A stretch of DNA of 64,000 nucleotides from an uncultured Chthonomonadaceae bacterium. Its GTDB lineage: Bacteria; Armatimonadota; Chthonomonadetes; Chthonomonadales; Chthonomonadaceae. The stretch covers positions 608,001 through 672,000 of the forward strand of contig CAWFQB010000003.1 of NCBI GenBank assembly GCA_963817895.1. Direction: 5' to 3'. The notes under the pieces are model-generated. The model was not told the origin of the DNA. It saw only the letters and a program-made list of their open reading frames with translations, and searched no databases. Positions 1 through 11,396 of this stretch are shown here, one piece after another. How positions within the stretch are numbered: position 1 is the stretch's first letter; each line of letters begins with the position of its first letter. The position numbers were made by a program, and so were the translations under genes.

Positions 1-568
1 GATGTTGTAAATCACCTGGATGGCGTCCACGCGCCCGGACTGCGCCAGCCGAACGCCGCTTTCCGGCGCGTAATCGTTGATGCTCACCCCGAACGCGCGA
101 ATTTTGCCCTGCTCTTTTAATTTGACAAACCCCTCGTACCAGTCAAGCTGCTCGTTGTACTCGTCCGTCCAGGCGTGGAGTTGCAGCAAATCCAGCGTTT
201 CCACGTTCAGGTTTTTCAGGGTGCGCTCGGCGCACTGAATCACCCAATCCACCGGGAAACTGTCTTTTACATTCACATCCGGGCGCAGGGGCCACTTCAT
301 TGTTTTCGGCGGCACTTTGCTTGCCACATAGATACGCGTTTGGTCGCTTGCCCGCTCCCGCAACACTTGCCCGATAAGGGTTTCGCTGTGGCCGTCCCCG
401 TAGCCATAGGCGGTATCCAGAAAGTTGCCGCCCAGGTCGAGATAGCGGTGCAGGGCCTGTTTTGGCTCCGGCATCATCCACCGCGCCCCATCCGCCGCCA
501 ATGCCCCACGCGCCGAATCCGATTTCGCTGACCTGCCAGCCCGTCCGCCCCAGTGTTCGATACTTCAT
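1..568 (-). CDS. Aldo/keto reductase, 5' part (frameshift near 460; runs off the window)
   Basis: [26 protein letters not shown]-terminus; the alternative frame continues with [17 protein letters not shown], typical of AKRs. Confidence 0.85.
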
Positions 569-656
569 GAACGCTCCCTATGAATATTGATAGTCTACCT
601 CTGCATACTTGCCATCCTCGTAATTTGTTCCTGTCAAATTGTAGGGTATGCGCGGC

Positions 657-685
657 TTGACCCTTCTCCACAAATGCGGTACACT
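657..685 (+). promoter_or_regulatory. Putative sigma70 promoter of lipA
   Basis: TTGACC-N17-TACACT. Confidence 0.5.
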
Positions 686-719
686 GAAAGAGAACTATTT
701 TGAGGGATGAGGGATATTT

Positions 720-1643
720 TTGACGACAACAACCCGATTGCCGGAGTGGCTTAAAAAGCGCGTTTCCAGCCCGCAGACGGTGGAACTGGTTGAAAGCAAA
801 ATGCGGGGCGCGAAACTGCATACCGTATGCGAAAGCGCGCGCTGTCCCAACATCGGCGAGTGCTGGTCAAAGCAGACGGCTACGTTTATGATTTTGGGCG
901 ACATCTGCACCCGCAATTGCGGTTTCTGCGCCATTAAAGTGGGCCGTCCTGAAGCCGTAGATGGGGACGAACCGCGCCGGGTCGCGATTGCCGCGAAAGA
1001 GATGGGCTTGAAGCATGTCGTGGTAACAAGCGTTGCCCGCGACGAACTGCCGGATGAGGGCGCGACGCATTTTGCCGATACCATCCGCGCTTTACGGGAC
1101 GCCATTCCCGGCGTGATTGTCGAAGTGCTGACGCCCGACTTCAAGGGTAAGCGCTGGTGTATCCGCCGCGTGGTGGAAGCCCATCCCGACATTTACAACC
1201 ATAACATTGAAACCGTTGCCCGCCTGTCGCCGACCGTGCGTCCCCAGGCGCGGTATGAGCGGACACTGGATGTGCTGCGCGCCGTGAAGAACATGGACGC
1301 CACCATCCATACCAAATCCGGCATGATGCTTGGATTGGGCGAAACCCATGAGGAGATAGTACAGACCCTGCGCGACCTGCGGGAAGCGGGCGTCAGCGCC
1401 GTCACCATCGGCCAGTATTTGCAGCCGTCGCAATCCGGCTATCTGCCCCTCGTGGAGTTCGTTCACCCGGATCGCTTTGCCGAGTACGAGAAATTGGGCG
1501 AGCAGATGGGGTTCGCGTTTGTCGCGTCCGGGCCATTCGTGCGCTCCTCCTACAACGCGCAGGCGTTTTCCGAAAAGCTGCTGTCCGAACGGCTGGCTCA
1601 GGTCGGCCTCGCCCCGCGTCACGAAACGCCCGCTGCCGCGTAA
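720..1643 (+). CDS. lipA: Lipoyl synthase
   Basis: CESARCPNIGEC, CTRNCGFC and C-terminal VRSSY motifs. Confidence 0.97.
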   Translation: MTTTTRLPEWLKKRVSSPQTVELVESKMRGAKLHTVCESARCPNIGECWSKQTATFMILGDICTRNCGFCAIKVGRPEAVDGDEPRRVAIAAKEMGLKHVVVTSVARDELPDEGATHFADTIRALRDAIPGVIVEVLTPDFKGKRWCIRRVVEAHPDIYNHNIETVARLSPTVRPQARYERTLDVLRAVKNMDATIHTKSGMMLGLGETHEEIVQTLRDLREAGVSAVTIGQYLQPSQSGYLPLVEFVHPDRFAEYEKLGEQMGFAFVASGPFVRSSYNAQAFSEKLLSERLAQVGLAPRHETPAAA

Positions 1644-1652
1644 ATTAACTGG

Positions 1653-1779
1653 AATACCAGGGATTGAAAATCCCTGTCTGGAAAAAGCAAGCGTCCTGCG
1701 GACGCGAAAATCTTGAATGGAGAGTCGCGTCCGCAGGACGCTTGCGCTCTCCTGCCGGGAATTTTCAATCCCCGGTATT
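1653..1779. repeat. REP-like palindromic element (copy 1)
   Basis: GGGATTGAAAATCCC hairpin plus inverted pair AAGCGTCCTGCGGACGC / GCGTCCGCAGGACGCTT. Confidence 0.8.
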
Positions 1780-1873
1780 TGTAACACCCGTTTGATTTTG
1801 TAAATCCTCGGCGCGTGGTGTCCTGCACGTTACCCCCAACGGCTCCGCGCCGCGCCAGAGTGTATGAGGCGCC

Positions 1874-4800
1874 ATGCGACGTCTTCGTGTCTGGATCAAT
1901 ATAACCCTCTTTGTCGTTCCCGTCGGGCTTGTTGGCGTGGGCAGTGTTGGCCTTGTCAAAAATGTGTGGAACTATCTGAACACGGACGCGCGTTTGGCCG
2001 GGGTGCTGTCAACGGAAGCCACCCGCGCGCTCGGGCGCGAAGTCCGCGTACAGGATATTCATTTCCGCTTTGCCCCCTGGAGTTTGCGCCCCAACCGCGT
2101 GGAGATTTCCGGTATCTCAGTCGCGCAGTACCCCACCATCAACAATATTCTTTTTGCCCATGCCGATAAAGTGATTATCTGGTTCGATCTGAATCAGGTT
2201 CTGTTCGGGAAGGACAAGACCGTCCCCTATGTGGACGAACTTCAGGTAATCGGGCCACAAGTGACACTCAGCCGGGATGCGCAGGGACACTGGAACTTCG
2301 AGCAGATTTTCAAGCCGACGCAGGGAACCAGTCGGCCCTTTACGGGCAAAGTCTCCTTTTCCAATGCCAGCCTGAACTACTCCGACCAGCGGTTTCCCCA
2401 TCCGGCAGGCGTTGCTTCGCGTCCGTTCCAAACCCGGCTGACAGGGTTGGCGGGTGTGGTGGAGATTCGCCCGGATAAAAGCGCCGCGTTTGATGTGCAG
2501 GGCGATCCCGACGCTACGCTGCTGCGCCATTTCAAAGCAACGGGAATTGCCGGTTTGAATCCTCTGCGCGTAGATGCCCGCGTGATCGCCAGCCGCGTCA
2601 ATCTCCCGTATTTCGCCGGACGCTTTGTTCCCTCCGCGCGTGGACGCCTGCTTTCCGGCATTGCCGATTTGGACGTGTCCGCCCTGTACGCGCCCCCGCC
2701 CGGTACGCCGCTTGCTTCAGTTGACCTCAACGCCATTGACGCGCATGGAACCCTCAACGCTTCCAGTCTCAGCCTGACCGGACCGCAGTTTGAAGGGCCG
2801 GTGGAGAACGCCAGTCTGAACGGCGTGTTTACGACGGACAGTTTTCAGGGCAGCGCGTCCGGGCAGTACGCGGGCGTGGTCCTATCGGTGCAGGGGCAGG
2901 CGCTCGGCCTGCTGAAGCGGGAAACTCTGCCCGATGGCAAACAGCGTACCTCACTCGCGTTGCCCACCGTTGCTTTGCAGGGGCAGACGGGGGCGGTGGA
3001 CATTGCGCGCGTGTTATCCGTGCTGCATCTGGATCGGCGTTTGCCGCAAGTTCCCGCCCCGATCCGCGCTAAAATCGTACAATCGAGCGGGCATATTCGC
3101 AGCCTGTCGTTTCAGATCGTGGGCGACATAACCAATCCGACGGTTTCCGCGGCGGGGCATGTGGATACGGCGCGATCTTTTGGGTACAGCGCCGCGAACG
3201 TCGACCTCCGCGCCCTGCTCGACAACCATATTGTCACTGCCGATGCGCGGGGCAAGGTGGAGGGCGGCGATGTGGCGGCCCGCGCCCGCGTATTGACGCA
3301 GGAACCCGGCACGTTTGACGTGGAAGCCCATGCGCGTAACGCGCGGCTTGCCGCGTTGAGCAGCCTGCTGAAACGCGATATAGCGGGGCGGGGCGAACTC
3401 GATTTGACCATGCGCGGACGCCGCCATCAGCCGCCCTACATCAGCGCGCAGGCGCAGGGATTCGACGTAAAGCTGAACAATCAGAACTTCCATTCCCTGT
3501 ATGCCCGCGCCGCAACGGTAGGTCGGAACCTTGTTGTGCGTACCATTCGACTGGAAGACCCCAAAGGCTATGCGTTTGCCAGCGGAACTGTAGACCTGAC
3601 AACACAGCAACTGAAACTCAACGTGGCGGCGGACAATCTGGATTTAAGCGCGATTCTGAAAGCCGCGCAAACAACCACTTCCAAAGCCAAAACCAGCGCG
3701 TCTGCGCCCGGTAACGCTACGCCCGCCAATGCCCTCACTGCCCAAAACCAACCACCAACCACCAGCCACCAGCCACCCTCCTCCCCTCTGCTGGACGTGA
3801 ACGCCATTCAGGGACAGGGATTTTTCGGGGGCGCGTGGACGGCACACTGGGCAACCCGGAACTGAGCGGGCGTATCAGCGCGTTCGGCGTTCAGGCGGGG
3901 CAGGCGGGAATGGATCGTATCCGCGTAGATTTCAGCGCGTCCAAAGATGCCGTGATTGTGGCGAAGGGGACGGCGGAACGCTATCCGGGCAAAATCACGT
4001 TTTCGGGGCAGGTGACGAATCCGTTGAGCAAAGACCCTGCCGTTCAAATTCGGGCAAACGCGGATCATGTAGACGTGCCGGATTTGCTGCGACTTGCCGG
4101 AGTCCAAACGGGATTGGCCTTAAATGTGTCCAACAATTCGCCCCAAACTTCGACCGCGAAGAAGCCGCTGGACGAGTATGTGATTCTTGGCTCTGTTTCC
4201 ACCAATCCCATTCTGTTGTCGGGAACGCTGAAATCGCTGCGCCTTGCCGAACCCGTAACCCTCACCGGCGACAACGTATCGGTAAATGGCCTGCCGATTG
4301 AAAACTTGAAAGCGATTGCCGCGCTCGACAACAACGATTTACGATTGGAATCATTCCGGGCGGAGTTGGCGGGCGGCAGCGTGACGGCAAGCGGCAGCCT
4401 GTCCAACCTGCAAGACGCGATAGAAGGCAGGCTGGCGCAGTCGGATATAAACGCCACTGTCAACGCGGTCAATCTCGACGCGGGGCGTATTTCCGATGTG
4501 CTGCCCGTCAGCCTGCTGAAATATAGCGTGGCGGGAACCCTGAACGCGCAGGCTATGGTATCGGGAAATCTGGAAAATCCCCGCGTTCATGCCACTGCGG
4601 ATACGAGCGGCGTGATGTTAAGCGATGAGGCCAACCGCGTTATAAACATTGGAACCGTCCGCGCCGAAGCCACATACGCCGACAAACAGATTACCTTCAG
4701 CCGGTTGAGCGTGAATCCATTCACCGCGCCAACGGGAACGGGGGGGCAAATCGAAGCGGAACAGTTAGTCTATGATCCGAACAGCAAGGCCATTCGGGGA

Positions 4801-7149
4801 GTGGTAAAGTGGAACGGATTGGAGTTTCAGCGCCTGCGCGAACTGTTCGCGAAAAGCCCGTTTACGCAGTCGGATGCCGGCAAGCAGGTTGTGGATCAAA
4901 TGAACGCGCTCAGAGGCTCTGTGAGCGGCAGCACGACGGGACAGGTGACACTGGGCGGCACGACGGACGACCCCACTGGAGATTTGACCTTCAGCGCGTC
5001 CGGTATACGCATTGAAAACCGCGCCATAACTCTCATTTCCGGCAGCGCATTCGTGTCCAAAAAGAGGCTGCTCATCCCCTCGGAAACCTCGCCAATCCGC
5101 GCGCTGATTGTGCAAAGCCCGGATATAGACATTGAAGTGTCGAAGGTGGACGCCAATTATGACCGGAGCAAACCCGCGACGGATTTGAGCGCGAGAAAAC
5201 TGGAAGCGGACGCTCGCATCAACAAACTCAATCTGGACGCGATACGCCAGTGGCTGCCCGCCGGTATAAGACAGGACTCGTCTCAGTCGAAATTGACGGA
5301 CACGCTCGATCAGCTTGGCGGCGGCGAAGCAACAGCGATTATTGTGGCGTCGGGAACCACAGTGTTGCCCGTGATAGACGCCTCCCTCAACCTGAAAAAC
5401 GTTACCATCCATTCGCCCAATCCGAACATTCCCGATCAGGTTATCAGCCGTATTGATGTGGCCCGTATAACCGCCCGCGAAGGCCAGATCGCTATGGAGA
5501 ATGTCGAATTGGCGAAAACGGTGTTCGACCCCAAAACCGAAGCGCTTCTCGCCCATTTCGACGCCACCGCGCGGGGCAGCATCGCGTTTTCGTGGACGCC
5601 GCCGTATATCAAGCCGGATGCCGTAATTGAAGGGGAGGCCAAAGTGCCGGAGCAGGGACTGGATGCGCTTGCCGCATTCGGTCAAAACCTTAACATCACC
5701 AGTGACGGCAAGTTTTCCATGCGAGCCACGCTGTCAGGAACATTGGACGATCCGCAGGCGTTCGGCGCGCTGATGGTAAATGCTGACAAGGTGCAGTTCG
5801 GCACAAAAGATACGGGTTTGAACCGGACGGGTTTGAAAGACGTGCGGGGCCAGATTGATTTTGTCAGCGACCAGATTCGGATTCACGACGGCTTTACCGC
5901 CCGGACGCAGGTATTCGGAGGCAAAGGCAAACCCGATGATCCCAAACAGGCCAGCAATCCCATTCAGTTGAGTGGATTTATCCCGCTGAAAGGCCGCGTC
6001 GCCGAAGGGATTCGTTTACAGGCGCAGCACATTGTTTTCGAGGAAGCGCTGCCGCCGGGAGGACGCGCTACCGGAAGCGTGAAGGGGGAAGCGGATGCCA
6101 ACCTGCATGTGTTCGGTTCGTTGAACAATTTCACGCTTGGCGGCGTTGTGGATGTCGCCAATACGATGGTCACGCCGCCGGGAGATTTTGGCGGGGCAGG
6201 GGGCGGTTCGCTCGCGCTGCCCATCAATCCCCGGCTGGATTTGACCGTTCGCCTGAACAAAAACGTGCGGATGCGTACCGGCCAGTTGAACGCTCTGGCG
6301 CAGGGTACGATTTCCATCGGCGGGCGGCTGTTACAGGACGATCCCAATGCGCCTGCGCCCACCCGCACCGACCCTGCCACACTACTGACGCCCAATAGTC
6401 CCACTCTTGCTGGTAAAACGCCGCAACGTTTAGGTCTAACGCTCAACGGCAAATTGACCATTCCCGAAGGAAGCCTGACTCTGCCGACCGCGCGCTTTAC
6501 GATTTTGCCGCCCGGGCAACTGGTACTCACCTATCCCACGACGGATACAACGGGTACGGGCGCGCCCACTCTGGGAATAGACGTAGACTTGCGAGCGCGA
6601 ACGAATAATCTGACGGCAACTTCCCTGTCCGGCGTTCGTAAAAACTATACCGTCACTGTCGCGGCGCGTGGCCCCATTTCGGGAGCCACGATTGACCCGC
6701 TGACGGGCGAGTCGCGGCTTGCCCTCAACTTCACTACAGACCCCAACGATCTGGCCGTCAATCAGCAGGCGCTTCAGCAGCGGCTTGTCGGCGTGTTGGG
6801 CGCGGACGCGCTCGGGCAGTTCGGCAGGAATCCGGGGCAGGTACTGGCGCAGCAATTGACAAATGTATTGACGAGTTCCGTAGTTCCGGGCGTGTTCGAT
6901 CAGGTAGCCCGCGTCACCGGCTTTGAAGAACTGGCGGTCAACTACGACCCGGTACAACACTTCAACTTTATTGTGAGCCGCCAGATCGTTGGCCCCTTTT
7001 ATGTCCGGTATACGCGCACGCTTGGCACGACGCCGGAACAGTACGACCTGAAACTCAGCCTCCGCTTCAAGAACAATTACCAGTTTTCCTATGAAATGGA
7101 CGAGTTGAACACGCATCGTTACCTGTTTGAGGGGGTTTTCCGGTTCTGA
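1874..7149 (+). CDS. AsmA/TamB-like (DUF490) envelope protein, split by a frameshift near 3830
   Basis: N-terminal TM anchor, long beta-rich repeats, C-terminal beta strands ending FRF; ORFs 1874-3865 and 3835-7149 overlap; lies upstream of bamA. Confidence 0.8.
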
Positions 7150-7313
7150 AAATCAGCGTATTTGCCGCGAATTTACGAAAACACAGGCGGAAATGGTGTA
7201 CAATATTAAAGCGAATTATTTTTATAAGCAGTGGCGCGCCTGCCGGGAGCAGCGGGGAAGCGTCCGATGTGGAAAATTTTACGGGTAATCGGCAAATAAT
7301 CGCCCGCTGCAAG

Positions 7314-7339
7314 TGTAACAAAACTTCCCGGTGTTCGTC
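7314..7339 (+). promoter_or_regulatory. Putative ECF-type (autoregulatory) promoter
   Basis: TGTAAC-N16-CGTC upstream of the ECF sigma gene. Confidence 0.4.
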
Positions 7340-7480
7340 CTATCCGAAAGTAGCAGCAAGCCGTATCGAATTCGATCCCGCACCGCCAGACGGCCATGAG
7401 TATCGGAAACCGTGTTTGATTTGTTTGTGGATTGTTCTTTCCGATTTGTCCGTTTGCATCCCATTCCTGGAAGCGCCGCA

Positions 7481-8263
7481 ATGTCCTACAGCGAGGCCCA
7501 ACAACCAGACGCCCTTGTTCAACTCCAACGGTATGTTTCCCGACGTATGGGACATTGTGAAGACCGGGATGAGACGAGCAAGCAGGCGGCGCATACGCCG
7601 CAGCCCGATAGCGGCATCATGGGAGCCGCTTCGCCAGCCCGACAGCGCGACACAACTCCGGCTGCTTCCAAAGCGCGCGCCGTTGCCGCCGCCAATGCCT
7701 TTATGCCCGAAGACGCTGACCGCAGCCTCCCCTTCGATGATCTGGTGGCAAAATACCAGAAGCGCATCTTCAACGTCATTTACCGCAAAATTGGGGACTT
7801 TGAAGAGGCGACGGACTTGACGCAGGAGACCTTTATCAATGCGTTCAAGCATTATGAGGGGTTTCGGGGCGAGGCCAAAGTTTTTACGTGGCTGTACACC
7901 ATCGCCAACAACCTGTGCATCAATCGGATGCGGCAGCGCGAACGGCAGCGGGGGATGCGAATCGAGTCGCTGGATCAGCCCCGCGACAGTGACGATGATG
8001 ACGGCCTGACGCGCGAAGTGGCGGATTATACCCACGCGCCACAGGCGGTGCTGGAAGACAAAGAATTGCGCCAGCGAATTCTGGCCGCTGTGGACAGCCT
8101 GCCGCCGGACTACAAAGAGGTGGTCATGCTGCGCGAGTTCCACGACATGTCCTACAACGAGATTGTGGCTGTTACCGGGCTTTCGCTGGAAAACGTCAAA
8201 ACCCGTCTGTCCCGCGCGCGCGGCATGCTGCGCCGCAAACTCGAACCGTACATTAAGATGTAA
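7481..8263 (+). CDS. ECF RNA polymerase sigma factor (SigW/RpoE-like); start uncertain
   Basis: EEATDLTQETFINAF, FTWLYTIANN, SYNEIV...VKTRLSRAR. Confidence 0.92.
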   Translation: MSYSEAQQPDALVQLQRYVSRRMGHCEDRDETSKQAAHTPQPDSGIMGAASPARQRDTTPAASKARAVAAANAFMPEDADRSLPFDDLVAKYQKRIFNVIYRKIGDFEEATDLTQETFINAFKHYEGFRGEAKVFTWLYTIANNLCINRMRQRERQRGMRIESLDQPRDSDDDDGLTREVADYTHAPQAVLEDKELRQRILAAVDSLPPDYKEVVMLREFHDMSYNEIVAVTGLSLENVKTRLSRARGMLRRKLEPYIKM

Positions 8264-8388
8264 GGTTTTAGGGTTCTATGGTTTTAGGGTTTTAGGTTTA
8301 CAGGTGTCGAGGGCGCATTAGCCTTGATTTACTTGAGTACCCTGAAACCTTAAAACCCTAAAACCATAGAACCCTAAAACCCTAACCC
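8263..8388. repeat. Short tandem-repeat inverted array (GGTTTTAGG / CCTAAAACC)
   Basis: Degenerate tandem 8-9-mers followed by their reverse complements. Confidence 0.8.
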
Positions 8389-8414
8389 CCGGCAGTCAGG
8401 AGAGAGCAAACAGT

Positions 8415-10409
8415 ATGAAGAGATCATTATATGGACGAAGGGCGCTGTCGCCGCTTTGGTTTGCCACAGCTTTGCCCGCCGCCGGTTTGGCGCTGTTGGG
8501 GACAGGCGCGCCCGCGCAGGCGCAGGCAAATAAAGAGGCCGTAGAAACCGTATTGCCGACTGCCGCTTCCGCGCCACAGGCACAGCCTGCCGCGCCCGCC
8601 AAACCCGTTCAGGATACCAAGCCCGCCGCCCCGCCCACAGACCCCAACGCGCCCGTAATCAGCGAAATCGTGGTTGTCGGCGCGAAGACGCTTTCCAAAA
8701 CCTATATTATCACTCTCAGCGGGCATAGCATCGGCGACCCCTGTAACGCCGACGTGCTTTCCGACATGCGAACGCGCCTGTTCGCGTCGGAATATTTCGG
8801 CGGACACAGCATCCATGATGAGGACGCCGTGCGCGTGACGGCAGAGGAAAAACAAAACGAAAAGGGCAAGTGCATCGTCACCATCACGGTTGATGAGAAC
8901 GATACGCTGACGGGCATTCAACTGACGGGAACCGGGCCGCTCAAGGTAGAGGACGTTCTGCCGCTCATCCATCTCAAACCCGGCTCCGCGTACAACGGCA
9001 AACAGTTTCTGCTGGATTCGCTCGACATTCAGAGTATGTACCAGAAGAAGGGCTACCTTGCCACCGTTGCCGATACGCAGATTGACCCCAACGGCATTTT
9101 GAACGTTACTATTGTTGTGACCCGCGTGGCGGAAATCAAGATCGTCGGCAACAAAAAAACCCGGCGCAGCCTGATTTTGCGGGTGATGAACACCAAAGAG
9201 GGCGACTACCTCAATATTCGCACACTGGATCGCGACGTAACCAATGTGCTGAACACCGATTTGTTCGAGAACGTGAACCCGACGGACTCGCAGCTTGGCG
9301 CGGGCCGTGTCGTGATTACGATGAATGTCACGGAAAAACGCACGGGAACCATCACGGCGGGCGTGGGATACAGCAACCGGGCGCAGATCATCGGGTTTGC
9401 CGAAGTGGTGGAAACCAACTTTCAGGGCCGGGGCGAGGCCGTCAATATACGCGGTGAAGTGGGCGGCGTTTCGGGACGGCCAAGTCTGGAAGTGGGCTTT
9501 ACGGAACCCTATCTCGATAAGCAGAAAACGTCGGGAACCATACAAGTTTACACCAAAACCGTGTACCGCTTTTCCAACAGCCTGTCCAACAATGTCGCCA
9601 CGCAAAGCACGTCGGGAACCAACGACCGCTACTTCGAGCAGCGCACCGGAGGAACCCTGACCCTGAGCCGCCCATTTCTCCAGACGTATCGCGGCGCCCT
9701 GTCTTTCCGGGGTGAAGATGTTCGCACGGACAACCTTGACCTGTCCGTTCAAAACGCGCAGATCATTCAAAACGGCCCGATCTTCGTGTTGAGCGGGCAA
9801 CTGCTGCACAACACGCGCGACCTGGACATAGATCCCGTAACGGGCGGATTTCAAACGAGCAACATTACCGTCGGACATGCCGATTTGAATGCGCCGCGCA
9901 CTTTCACGGGCATTACCATTCCTGGCGTGAGCGGCAGCGTCAACTTCTCGAAACTGTATGTGGAAGCGCGGCAGTATTTTAGTCTGAGTGGCCCGCGCCG
10001 CCCCGGCAAACTGACCGAAGACAAATCTTCCGTCGCCATGCGGTTCCAACTGGGATCGTCTGCGGGAACGCTGCCCTTCTTTGAACAATACTTTGTGGGC
10101 GGCAGCGAAAACCTGCGCGGCTATCGCGATGACCGCTTCTGGGGCAACAACCTGTTTCTCGGCTCCGTTGAGTTTCGGCAGCCGATTGCCCGAAAACTCA
10201 AAGGCGTGTTGTTTATGGATGTCGGCGATGCGTGGGGCGGCAGCTACGATAACGTCAGCATCCCCGGCTTTACGCAGAACGGTTTTTCGCCGCACGTAGG
10301 CGTCGGCCTGGGCATCCGCGTAAATACGCCCATCGGCCCGCTGCGGCTCGATTACGGCATCGGTGACGAAGGCGGCCGAACGCACTTCAGCATTGGCCCG
10401 ACGTTTTAA
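8415..10409 (+). CDS. bamA: BamA/Omp85 outer-membrane assembly factor
   Basis: Signal peptide, POTRA repeats, LRGY loop motif, GPLRLDYG...HFSIGPTF C-terminus. Confidence 0.92.
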   Translation: MKRSLYGRRALSPLWFATALPAAGLALLGTGAPAQAQANKEAVETVLPTAASAPQAQPAAPAKPVQDTKPAAPPTDPNAPVISEIVVVGAKTLSKTYIITLSGHSIGDPCNADVLSDMRTRLFASEYFGGHSIHDEDAVRVTAEEKQNEKGKCIVTITVDENDTLTGIQLTGTGPLKVEDVLPLIHLKPGSAYNGKQFLLDSLDIQSMYQKKGYLATVADTQIDPNGILNVTIVVTRVAEIKIVGNKKTRRSLILRVMNTKEGDYLNIRTLDRDVTNVLNTDLFENVNPTDSQLGAGRVVITMNVTEKRTGTITAGVGYSNRAQIIGFAEVVETNFQGRGEAVNIRGEVGGVSGRPSLEVGFTEPYLDKQKTSGTIQVYTKTVYRFSNSLSNNVATQSTSGTNDRYFEQRTGGTLTLSRPFLQTYRGALSFRGEDVRTDNLDLSVQNAQIIQNGPIFVLSGQLLHNTRDLDIDPVTGGFQTSNITVGHADLNAPRTFTGITIPGVSGSVNFSKLYVEARQYFSLSGPRRPGKLTEDKSSVAMRFQLGSSAGTLPFFEQYFVGGSENLRGYRDDRFWGNNLFLGSVEFRQPIARKLKGVLFMDVGDAWGGSYDNVSIPGFTQNGFSPHVGVGLGIRVNTPIGPLRLDYGIGDEGGRTHFSIGPTF

Positions 10410-10411
10410 TA

Positions 10412-10515
10412 AGAGCCTATCCCAGTAGGCCGGGTACAAAGAACGTACCCGTCTGAGTGGCCTACGGCCAAGCGTCCTTCGGACGCAAATGCAATCGCCT
10501 GTTGGGATAGGCTTT
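10412..10515. repeat. REP/MITE-like element (copy 2)
   Basis: Ends AGAGCCTATCCCA...TGGGATAGGCTTT; internal GGGTACAAAGAACGTACCC and GCGTCCTTCGGACGC hairpins. Confidence 0.85.
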
Positions 10516-10690
10516 AAGGCGGTTGGTGGCTGGTGGTTGGTAGTTCCGTGCGATTGCCAACCGGCTGAAATTTTTGCGGGGCAGGCATGTATCTGCTATA
10601 ATAGGGCTGTCTGACGCGCTTAACAACAAACATAGTTAAGGTTTGCCGGTTTTTCTTGCGCAAACCTGTGGATTTGAAAGGGATTTCATC

Positions 10691-11365
10691 ATGAACGATT
10701 CACGACTTGGCCTGCAAGTTATTGTTGCGGGGGCCATCGTTTTAGGAATAGTCGCGTCGCTGACCGGCGCGAATGCCAAAGCGGGCGATGACCGGGGCGG
10801 GCTGCGCATTGCTACCGTTGATCTGCTAAAGGTGCAGGATGAGTACAAACTCGTCCGGTCTTTTAAGGAAGCGACGGAAAAGCAGGGCAAAGACCTGCAA
10901 ACCGAGTTCGATGTGCTGCAGCGCAACGCCCTGTTGTCCGAAGCCGACCAGAGAACGATGGTGGACCTGGCAGTCAAGGAAAAAACCACGCCCGCCGGTC
11001 TGAACAAAGCGGATGCGGACAAGAAAAAGATGCTGGAAACGCAGTCCACCGCGTTGCGGGATGATTATATTCGCCTACAGCAAACTCCGGCTGTCGCGCT
11101 GAAAGAGGGCGAAGACAAAAAACTCAAAGAGTATATCCGATTGGAACTGGAAACCGGCACGCGCCTGAAAGCGCATCAGACGCAATTGATGCAGGAAGCG
11201 GACAGCAAGGGCAAAAGCCTGGAACTGGCTTACAACGAAAAACTGGAAAAGGCGCTCACGGACGTTTCCAAAAAGAACAATTACAACCTGATTCTGAACA
11301 AACAGATCGCCCCCCACGCCGATTCCGAATGTACCAAAGACGTGGTTGATCTGATGAACAAGTAG
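10691..11365 (+). CDS. OmpH/Skp family periplasmic chaperone
   Basis: RIATVDLLKV start, coiled coil, KKNNYNLILNK...DVVDLMNK end; between bamA and lpxD. Confidence 0.8.
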   Translation: MNDSRLGLQVIVAGAIVLGIVASLTGANAKAGDDRGGLRIATVDLLKVQDEYKLVRSFKEATEKQGKDLQTEFDVLQRNALLSEADQRTMVDLAVKEKTTPAGLNKADADKKKMLETQSTALRDDYIRLQQTPAVALKEGEDKKLKEYIRLELETGTRLKAHQTQLMQEADSKGKSLELAYNEKLEKALTDVSKKNNYNLILNKQIAPHADSECTKDVVDLMNK

Positions 11366-11396
11366 TGTTTGCTCTTGTATCTACTGGAGTGTATCG

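Noticed and set aside
8427..10439. 670-aa antisense ORF and other long antisense ORFs
   Set aside because: Shadows of GC-rich coding strands with no recognisable motifs.
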